NCBI GenBank assembly: GCA_051362555.1
Contig: CM120643.1
Location: 29,702,848-29,766,847 of the forward strand
DNA from: Lingula anatina
Lineage: Eukaryota; Animalia; Brachiopoda
Direction of reading: 5' to 3'
Length of the DNA stretch: 64,000 nt
Part shown: piece by piece, positions 41,089-50,705 of the stretch
Numbering within the stretch: position 1 is the stretch's first letter
How the letters are laid out: every line of letters starts with the position of its first letter
The notes under the pieces: model-generated
What the model was told of the DNA's origin: nothing
The model's database searches: none
What the model saw: the letters and a program-made list of their open reading frames with translations, nothing else
Position numbers and translations under genes: made by a program

Positions 41089-44000
41089 GCTTTGGTAGTA
41101 TCGTGTGTATGCGATCCGATGTGGTCACCAGATGCCGGCGTTCCGCCTGTGTGACACCATGGGTCTGGAAGAGGACCATGGACTAGATGTCGGGGACATG
41201 CCCTATCTGCTGGACGGTCACGTGCCGGACCATTTCCAGGTCAGTGAGGTGCTTAAAGTGCTCTCCACAGGATTAACCTTCCAAAATGATTTGCTGAGAT
41301 TCCTTCCAATGTGTTTGAAAATACATGTACTCTACGTTAATGTGCTGTAAAACTATTTGTATTGCCCACTTCAGACTGTAAGGCAATAAAATCCTTTAAA
41401 AATATATATCTGAAGCTTACCTAGTGTACAACGTTATTATTTTCTCAGCCTCCTCGGGTTGTCATTGTCAGCTTTCAAAGTCTGTTTTATACACGGCACA
41501 GGGCCGCGATACAAAACACCCCGCTATTTTCTTGTGTGAAAACAAAGCATTGCGCTTGACGACAGGTGTCGTTGTATATGACTGGGTCAGACATGTAAAA
41601 CTAATTATAAATGTCAAATGAAAACATCCAATCCATGGGCAGGGACAGGTCAAGCAATCGTTCGTGAATAAGAGGACATGCTCTTAACGGTAAGTTCAAT
41701 TTAGCGGGAAAATTCCGTGGAGTTCACCTTTTATTAACACCCAGAGTCTAAAATGTCACTAGGAACTGATGGCGCCTTTCATTTTCAAAGTCTCTGGGAA
41801 GTCAGGGGTGTTCTAATAGTAGAGATTGGTGTCACCCTGACACGCTGGCATATATGGCAGTTATTTGTTATCCCCAGAGTTATGATAGGATGGGAGCAGT
41901 TCTGATTTTGGTCATACCTTGTATATTTGCGATGTTTGGCTAAAGAAAAAAGCTTCAGAACTTTTTAATTTCTAATTATCTCAGACAAGGATTTTTCTCT
42001 AGAAAGTTGTGCTAAGATACCCTTTATTCTGCTTAAGTTTGTGATTAGCTTAAGAGATTTGATGAATGTTTTCGCATACACGTAAGGGTCATTAGTGATA
42101 ATGACCCCGCGATAAACATTACGATAGAAGCCAACGGGTTGAATATAGAAGATCTTAAGACTGAACAAAGGAACGAATTTCCCGCGGAATTTGAAGGAGC
42201 TAAAGATGAAGAATCAGATTTTGAAGTCTTTGAAGGCTTACTGTACTCAACATGCGCGCCGTCACAATATGAGCCAGACTATCCGCGTTTATTATTACCA
42301 ACGCGATTCCGAGATCGGGTAATTTCAAACTGTCATAAAAACGTGGGTCATGCGGGAATTTTCAAAACAATGGCTCGAATTAAAGAAGCGTATGTGTGGA
42401 AAGGAATGAAAAAGGAAGTGACGCGCTGGATAAAACGATGTCCCACATGCTTAGTTCATAAAAGCAAACCTGAAAGGCCGAGACTAGGCGAAATGCCTAT
42501 GCCAGCCTACCCTTTTCAAATAGTAGGCATGGATCTCATCGGTCCATTTGTAACATAACAAAAGGGGAATAAATACTGTTTAACGGTTGTCGATCTGTAG
42601 TGGGGTGTCTACGCAGCTGCCCGTCGAACGCGGCGCGAATGGAGGAACGTCTCCGTGTCTCGGGTTGGATTTAGCGTGCGTGATCAACAGTGGTCTCCGG
42701 TTCCTTGGTTATCTGAAAAATTCAAAAGTACAAACGCTCCCCACACCGGGAAATTATCCCTGAAAAACAATCTATGTAATCATATAAATACATTCTAATA
42801 CATAACTAAAATTCGAACGAAGTCTGTTCCACTTGCTAGGTTAGATTAGGCGCCGAGTCTCTTCTCACAACGCGGGGAATCGCACACTAACAAAGTGACA
42901 GTCTACAGCTAAGCGCTATAAAAAAATAATATTCATAATAATAAGGGTATCGACATGAGTAATCGAGCTCGCCATATAAATCATTCGATGTCGGTGTACA
43001 TCAGCATCCCATCTCTCTGTGGGGTGTATAGCGCCTGAAGTTGGGTGGGTCCGGAGCTGGCAGTTTTGATTTTCCTAGGGATAAATTGAATTTCATTAGA
43101 TACCGAGTCCCCGACCAGTGTTGTGGATTCTGGTCCTGTTTCCAAGGTAATAGCTCTCGGCTTTCGCTTCCCCTGAAATTTCTTAAAACATTTTGTAAAC
43201 CACCATTTCTTTAAGATCACAATCAATACTCCAATAACAATCATAATTAACGCTAAGGTGCCTAAATAACCCCATACATTACTTGAGTCAGGTATAAAGT
43301 CTTCCCAAACGTTTTTGTCGTTCCACGTAATTTCTTTTAATGGGACGGTCGATTGGAGGGCTAGGTCTTTCTGGTTTAAATTTTGTAACAGTTTCAGGGC
43401 GGCGTTTTCGCGGATGGTATCGGTTAAATTTAAGCCTTTGGAAAAATTTAGTTAAATGGGATGGATTTCGATTTTCCCAATTTGGTGAATTACGCCCGGT
43501 AAAAGATAATTATCCCCCTGAATTTCACACCCGTTGTCAACGTTTAATAAATAAGTCCCAGGTCGAATTTTCACGGACTGTTCCACAGTATTGTCACATC
43601 GCGTGTACAAAGTCTCCCCCCAAGTAACAATGACATACTGTCCCGGTTTAATTTCTTTAGCGAATCCTTTGTCCAAACTTTTGGAGATTTTTATTTCACA
43701 TGCTTCCCTATGTTTTTCATCTCCTGCGATTATTGCGCGTTCGCATTTTTGACCGGTTTTATAGAGGGGTCCGGAATTGCATACTACAGGGTTTTCGCCT
43801 ACACAATTTTGAGGAAAAAAAATTTGTACTAAGTTCTTAGATATACCGCGGGTATAAATCTAGACACTAGGGGCTCTGATCCACCGTTGAAAGATCCTAG
43901 GTTCGGTACGCGATTCCCGACTTGGGTTATGCCCGGAGAGAAGAGTAACGCAACACCACTGTTTAGTTACAAAATCAAAACTCCTTTATTTCCAGGTCGC

Positions 44001-45495
44001 AGCCTGATTTTATACGTAAATTTGCGTGACAGACTTTATTGAATATCTTTATTGAAACTTTATCGTTAAAGGAGTTGAGATATGAAAAAGAGATTAACTT
44101 TAGATAAGAGCTGTAAACTTTAAAGGAGATGAGATATGAAAAGAGATTATAAGAGCTATAAACTTTGACACGTATTACGAGTCGCGCGCTCAAGCCCGCG
44201 ACTCAGGTTGAATAAATTAATAGTCTGTACAAGTTAACCTAACAATAAATGGTTCGTGTTTTTTATCCTTGTGTATCTATATGTATTGTTTTTACTCTAA
44301 CGTAGTCATTCACTTAAGTGAAGTGAAGTGCAATGATTTAGGAAAAAATGTTTATCTCCAGTTTAACCCGGCTGTGCGTATCACACGTAAATCCCCTGGC
44401 TTTGTGAAGGACCCTGGTTTGGCTGAAGTCATTCACTGCGTAGCACTTGTCATAGATGGCAGCACATACAAGGTCATGCCTCCCAAGGTCAAGGACAAAT
44501 TGCAGGGTATACGAACACTGGCACGTGACAGAGGTATTGTCTATTTTTGCAAGTGGGATTTCAAAGTGGGTTGTATTCGCTTTAATACATGTTTGCGAAA
44601 GTAGCAGGCAGATAAATAACGTGGCATGGTAACGAAATCAGCTGGAAGTACGTTAACTTTAGTATATTGACATAACGGTACAAAAGTGATGGCCTTCTAA
44701 CACTATTTTTAATGACTACATTTGTGACGAGGAAAACGTATCATTAATGCGTTGTTTTCATGTGCAATTTAAGTGTTGTGAAAATGAGACTAAATATCAG
44801 AATAATCAGTACATGCTTCGTTCTTGGGACTTCACTCTATTTAATCCCCATGGTTCGATGCTAATTACATTTCGAACGGCATTCATTTTTAAAGGGATAC
44901 AGTACATGTGTATGCTAGTACTAGTAGTTAAAAAGAGGACGGGCTTCAGAATCGAAAAAGGTCTTCTTTTAAATTCAAATAATTATTTAGGTATGTCAAA
45001 CGGTGACAGGAAGAGTTTAAACGGTAACTTCTTTTCGTCTCGCCTCACTTACTACATGTAGTAGTACTTGTATGTGTATACATGTTTTTCATGAAATAAA
45101 TATTTTGACAGTGTTTAACAATATTTAAATGTTTTAGAAGCCATTGCACTTCATTTACTGACGTTTAATTTATTGCAGATATCCCAGTCCAGGTGGTTTT
45201 GACCAACGTGGACAAGATGTGCCCGGACGTAGCTGCAGACCCATCTTTGTTATTTCACAGTCGTGTGATTGAAAATAAAGTGAAAGCAATCAGTCACGCC
45301 TTCGGCATACAGAGTAATCACGTCCAACCCGTGAAGAACTACGAGTCCGAGACCTCCATTGACCCCAGAGTGGACATCCTGACACTGAACGCCCTCAGAC
45401 AGATGGTTAGAAGTGCCGAGGACTACATTGAGGATCAACTAGACCACTTGGAGGAGACCGACACCCAAATGTCTAAGATGTGTATCAAAAATTAA
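39562..45495 (+). CDS. IFI44L: Interferon-induced protein 44-like (N-terminal TLDc domain + C-terminal P-loop GTPase-like domain), 6 coding exons, 476 aa
   Basis: Exons: 39562-40087, 40396-40472, 40713-40910, 41099-41239, 44362-44533, 45179-45495. All introns are GT-AG with consistent phases; 1431 nt. TLDc motifs: LLYSASRDG, FHEKCNNQGPTV, GGYTSIAW, AFLFQL, GPTFG, EVYAV. Linker PWRK. GTPase motifs: G1 GSVGAGKSS, G3 DTMG, G4-like TNVD. Also IHCVALVIDGS and PVKNYESE. An AG acceptor at 39546-39547 implies an upstream non-coding exon. Confidence 0.92.
42139..42595 (+). pseudogene. Gypsy integrase fragment (HHCC zinc-binding domain + start of core) in IFI44L intron 4
   Basis: YPRLLLP..CHKNVGHAGIFKTMARIKEAYVWKGMKKEV..CPTC..PFQIVGMDLIGPF..GNKYCLTVVD, with one stop codon. 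Confidence 0.9.
42981..43850 (-). pseudogene. env: env-like gene fragment (Cys-rich C-terminal ectodomain, TM helix, cytoplasmic tail) in IFI44L intron 4
   Basis: PQNCVGENPVVCNSGPLYKTGQKCERAIIAGDEKHREACEIKI..YVIVTWGETLYTRC..GTYLLNVDNGCEIQG, then TM WGYLGTLALIMIVIGVLIVIL-KKWW and a tail ending at TGA 42981. Confidence 0.75.
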
Positions 45496-45883
45496 ATGTC
45501 ATGACCCCTGCTTACCACAACGCCCGCTGCTGTTTAAATTGTATACTTGAAACAAATGAGTCATGACTTCTGCGCATAGTGATTTCCAATTTATAAAGTA
45601 TCCTTAAATATACTGTATAATATACTAGTATAATCTCAAATTGTGATTTATGCTAATGACCTGTGCAAGAATTTGTGCCAGATGATTTTGTGTGTAAGGC
45701 AGCTCCCGAGGAGGCTAGGCTTCGTCGACTAGCAGCTTAGAAAAAATCGAGGTATGCGGCCTTTTAGATTCTTCATGAAATGGGATTTAGTGACGTACAG
45801 ACTTAATTACGTAGGTAACCGAGTTCTTGTTCAGGCTGTCACTGCAACAAGTGCAGTGATTACAGGTTAGAAAAGATCTTAAA

Positions 45884-46204
45884 CAGGCCTACCCAACTAC
45901 CAGACTCTGCACATAAGGATCCTGAATTAACCGGTATATCAGACCACACTACCCGTTTTCAAGGTGTGTGTCAGATCGCATTTCGGAGTATCATACCCCA
46001 GAACAATTTTTGTAGGACGACCGCGGGCTCATCCTGTCGGTGTTCTGACTGCAGATACTCCGAAATGCGATCTGACACACACCTTGAAAACGGGTAGTCT
46101 AGTCCGATATACCGGTAATTCAGGCACATAAGGATCCTGAATTAACCGATATACCGGTTAATTCAGGATCCTTATGTGCCGAGTCTGGTAGTTGGGTAGG
46201 CCTG
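45884..46204. mobile_element. Palindromic MITE (CAGGCCT termini)
   Basis: Outer arms CAGGCCTACCCAACTACC...CCGGTATATC and inner arms ACTACCCGTTTTCAAGG...GGAGTATC are both inverted, with a partial internal duplication. No clear TSD. Confidence 0.8.
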
Positions 46205-46470
46205 AATTAGCAGAAATTAACATTTCAAGTTTTATTTAATACTTGCAGATATAATAATAAACAGAGGTTACTGGTACATAGGTTAGCTTTCATAGTTCAC
46301 ACTTCTTACACCTCTAGGGTGATTTTCTTTGAATTTTTGACCAATACAACTTAAACAATTTCGGAAGGAATCTGAATAACTAAAGTTCCAGGTAAAGATT
46401 GGGTCTTTCCTTCCATGGTCGCGCATCTTTCTTCATCAGGATGATACCCAGCTTGTGTCTGCTACTTTAA

Positions 46471-48860
46471 TTAATCCATTGTTAGGGTAGCTGGCGCAGA
46501 TTTCGGTCTAGGGGGTTGCAGGGCATCGCTGGCTCTCTGCTCCAACTCGACAGAGGGCCTTTTATACAATCTCACGACGTCGGAAGAGTGTCTAGTCCAC
46601 TTCTTTTCTTTATCGTCTGCACGTAGAAACCAGCTTCGTACAGCTGTGTGCAGCAAGTCACCGTACCGCTGTGGCCGGTGATTTTTCTACCCCCCCCCCC
46701 CCCCCCACATTAATCCCTGCCTGCGCAAATACCTTAAACCCCCTTTACACTGGACGGCGTCCTTTCTGCGTCCTTTGTGCGACCATGAAACTGGCCAGGA
46801 CGCCGTCGGACGCTCAAAGAACGCACAGTGATCGCCAAGGTCGCACAAAGAACGTTCAAGCATCGCCGAGGACGCCATGGACGCCGCGAAGTTTTGAGCA
46901 TGTTCAAAACAATCGCAGAGAGAACGCGATGTAGGATGGTCGCTCAATGGACGCAGAAAGGACGCACGGGCATCGCCGTAGTCGCAGAGAGAACGCACAC
47001 GCATCGCCGCGGTCGTAGAGAGGACGCACAAGCATCGCTTTGGTTGCAGAATGAAAACTTAAAGATCGTCCATTGTTCGACACGTAGAAAGTTTTTTTTT
47101 TTTTCACTCTCAAACGGGGCCGTGCTGAGGTATTTTTCACCAGATAGGAATTCTAAGGGTAACAGTGGTCTCATATCAGCCTCCGATTGTTTTTTCCCCT
47201 AAAATTCATGAAACGATCCATTTTTTTGAGGTTATTATTAAACGAATATTTTGCCTTTTTTACAAGATTAGCCTAATTGTCAGAACTTTTTGCAGAATGC
47301 TTCATTTGAAAACGGATTCAAACATTCTATGTTGTGTCAGTCATACTTTCTCGTTTTCGGTCCCTGTCCATCCTTCTTATAAGGATAACAATGAGCATCT
47401 GGCTGATTATCAGTCCATGCAGACCTTGCATCATTATAGTTTAAAGTGTTTATTCCCATTTATTTGTTTTGTGTGCTGGAAATGTTCTTTATTGGATGAC
47501 CTGGTTAGAACCGATGAAAAGATAAGTTAGAATATAGAGAAGGACGCCCAGATAACGCTCATCGGTCAAGCAGGATGCAGAATGATCGTAGAATAGACGC
47601 CACTAATCGCCGATGAAGGTACAGAGAACGCAGCAAGAATGCTCAATGGTCTCTAAAACATCGCAATGGACGCCTTGGGTTGCACAGGGGACGTACAGTG
47701 GAGGGAGGCAGGTTGCTCGCAGTTTTACAGGTAAAATCAAGATACGGTCGTTCAAAGGACGCACAAGGGACGCAGACGCCTTTACACTGAGACACGATTT
47801 AATTGCTTTGGCGACCGTTGAGCGTCCTGACCACATTTTTGAACGCAGAAGGGACGCAGAAAGGACGCCGTCCAGTGTAAAGGGGCCCTTAGGGAGATAC
47901 TGAGATAGTGTGTTTATACCCACCGGTTGGGAACTGAAGGAAATGACGCCGTCTTGTCTCGCTATTGGTCGCCGATAAAAACGGCCTTTGGAAGGTATGT
48001 GCGAAAGATAAGTTTCCAAAATTTTAACAACACATCTTTCGTTAGAAGGGTCAGCATAGTGTCGTACTTGTCTTGGAGAACTTTTATTGCCCAGTGGACC
48101 GGTGATATTTTTTACAAAGTCTTCCATCAAACTGTAAATACCTATTCCCTACCCCCTCTCAGCTCCGAAGGAAAATTGCTCGGCCATGAGGCCGTCATGT
48201 TCATCTCGAGCTCTAAAAGCGAAGATTTTCATATTATAGAAATAAACACAGTAAGAGTGTCCAGTGCTAGTTGTGGTGTTTAACACGCCGCTCTCCCACA
48301 GTTGTAATTCGTCGTCCGACGTCACGGGATCTGCACGTTTTGGTACGACTCCGACCCCTTCCTTGAACAACTTTTTCCTTCTAGAGTCTAAGGCCTCACG
48401 AAAACCTTTCGTCCTTCTTGAGAAGCCACGCGTCCCTCCGATCGCACTCATCGCGGAGATGTCTCTGTAGACCAGCCGCTAAACTTGGAAGAGTACCTGA
48501 ATTAAAGATGAATATAGTTAGGATAAAACGTAATTATAATAATTAGCTAAATTAACAGAAGCTGTTGTAGAATAAATTAACATAAATCTAGGCAATGCAT
48601 GCACCCTTGTTGTTGTAATTTACACTTCGTGCATTTAAATTACAATATTTAGAAATACCTGACATGGACATTTTACCTGGGGGGTCTGAAGTACCGTCCT
48701 GCCGCTTAACTTCAGGCTCCGTATCTCGAAAGGTTCGCTATGTTGCGCACGTGCGCAAGTGTCTCGATTCCATAACCGATTCTATTTCGAGATATTTCCG
48801 TTTGAGCGTATTAGCAGATCGTGATGCTGTGGCCGGAAATGATATGCATTCTGTAGACCA
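46471..48860 (-). pseudogene. Decayed Crypton-like tyrosine recombinase (DUF3504/ZMYM-KCTD1-related) with one intron, split by a MITE
   Basis: EVKRQDGTSDPP-G|intron 48676-48497|TLPSLAAGLQRHLR; FREALDSRRKKL..GVGVVPKRADPVT..ELQLWESGVL; YFYNMKIFAFRARDEH; RCVVKILETYLSHIP..FYRRP..FSSQPVGINTL; then ITGHSG..TQLYEAGF..HSSDVVRLYKRP. Several frameshifts. The 5' limit is approximate. Confidence 0.85.
46737..47888. mobile_element. PIF/Harbinger-like non-autonomous element, TTA TSD
   Basis: TIR CCCCTTTACACTGGACGGCGTCCTTTCTGCGTCC at both ends. TTA at 46734-46736 and 47889-47891. Removing it rejoins the recombinase frame (YLPK|VFAQAGI). Confidence 0.9.
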
Positions 48861-48977
48861 TTAATTCCAGAGAACTGTCTTTTCTGTTTCTATTGGGTTA
48901 AAATAGACTGATATTTTGTTTTAGAAGTTAAAACCAACTTTCAGTCTTCAATTGGTCTGAAAACCAGTTATACAAGA

Positions 48978-49439
48978 TGTAAGGTTTGCTGTGTTTGTTG
49001 TGTTAGCTATGATTGTGTTCGGTGTGTATCGTGTATGTTCGTATGTGTACGTGGAGGTCAAGGGTTGAAAGACCGCGCCCCATAAAATTTGATTTCCACC
49101 TGAGAGTCGGACGGAGATGCAGGTTGAATAACTGAAATAGGTATTCCAGTGAGCTTGCAGGTAAGTTTAACTATATTTAAGAAAGGACCAATCCATAGTT
49201 TAAATTCATACATTTCTAAATTTATATATTTATTTTTATGGTGTTTTTGGCATTGTTATATTTGTATTTCTTTGTTCTGTCTTTCTTGTCTTTCGTCAGT
49301 GTAAATTTTGTTAATGTAATTGTTTAAAATTAATTTGTTTATATTAATCTTGCAGATATTTGGAGATATTTGGAGATATTTGCAGATATTTGTACAATAA
49401 CAATAAAGAAACATCAACCCGAGCTATCGGTCTGTTACA
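48978..49439 (+). repeat. 5' LTR (462 bp)
   Basis: TGTAAGG...GTTACA; no differences from the 3' LTR seen by eye. Confidence 0.97.
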
Positions 49440-49441
49440 TT

Positions 49442-49463
49442 TGGCGCCCGAACAGGGACTTGA
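49442..49463 (+). promoter_or_regulatory. Primer binding site complementary to the tRNA-Lys(UUU) 3' end
   Basis: TGGCGCCCGAACAGGGACTTGA, 2 nt after the LTR. The first 18 nt match the canonical tRNA-Lys3 PBS. Confidence 0.92.
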
Positions 49464-49537
49464 CTACAAATCGATATCTGCAAGAGTCACGGCCTGTTAA
49501 GAGAGATATTTTCGTCCGTCCTCCAAGGGTCCCCACT

Positions 49538-49693
49538 GCCCCGTATAATACGGTCCAGAGAAGAGGGATACTTTCTTTCTCTCCGCCAAGGATTCCCGCT
49601 GCCCCGTAGAACACGGTCCAGAGAAGAGGGATACTTTCTTTCTCTCCGCCAAGGATTCCCGCTGCCCCGTAGAACACGGTCCAGTGAAGAGGG
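49538..49693 (+). repeat. 63-bp tandem repeat (about 2.5 copies) in the retrotransposon leader
   Basis: GCCCCGTA...CGGTCCAG recurs at 49538, 49601 and 49664. Confidence 0.85.
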
Positions 49694-50705
49694 ATTGTTT
49701 TTCTTGCTGTCCGGTAAAACACCGATCAGTATATTCAGATGATGTGGTGATGGCCATGGACGAGTTGTCGTCGATCTAATGCTGTGCGTTTGTGACTGTG
49801 CCCGATTCGCATAGGTCTATGTGGACAGCTACGAGTTGACAGTCGAGGATTTGGTTGCTTGGTTTGGCGTAATTGTCGAACTTTACATTGACTGCAGTGT
49901 ACATATTTTGCCTAGGCTGTATATATTTCATTTGACTGTGGACTTTAATATTTTTTTTGCCGATATTCAGACATTGATATTGAACTTTTCTGATTGCACT
50001 GTTGCATAAAATTGGACTACTATTCACATTGACTATTGGATTTGTTCATATAAAGACTTTTGATTAACTAATTTAATACCTGTACATATTTTTTTCATCA
50101 GTAATTTGTATATTTGAGGCTAGGTATAATACAAACAGAACGTTGGTAGAATTTTTATTTTCATCTAACACGTTGGTTTGTTGATTACCAGGCTTAGTAG
50201 GAGTTCTTTAAAGTAATGAATACCAAATAATTTATTTATTTTTTCTTATCAATTTGATTCTTTACAGTAGTTCGACTAATTTTCTTATTTTTTTTTCAGA
50301 CAGTTCTAAAAACACCAATTTTAGATCATAGTTGGCGATATCTCAGACTATTGGATTGGTTCTAATTAGTGAACTAGGTCTATATAAAGACACGGAGTCT
50401 TATGGTCCTATATATCCAGCAGATTCTCTCAGGTAAGTGATATTTATTTAGGGATTTTTTTCTTGCCTGGGGGAAAGGGGGCCTACTTTTCTCCCGATGT
50501 GTGAGTTTTGAATGTGTCTTCAACTGATTATGCATATGTTGTGATGATATTGATATGATGGTGTGAAATCATGACTGTGCATTGATGCTATTGATATTTA
50601 CTTGACACTGAATAAATAAACAATTTTGAATATTGTGTTGTTATTATTCATGAATGAATGTGATGTATATATATTAGCTAGCATCTGGCATAAAAGTTTT
50701 TGAGA

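Noticed and set aside
49442-49459. HIV or lentiviral vector contamination
   Set aside because: The match is confined to the tRNA-complementary PBS; the flanking LTR and genes are Gypsy-type.
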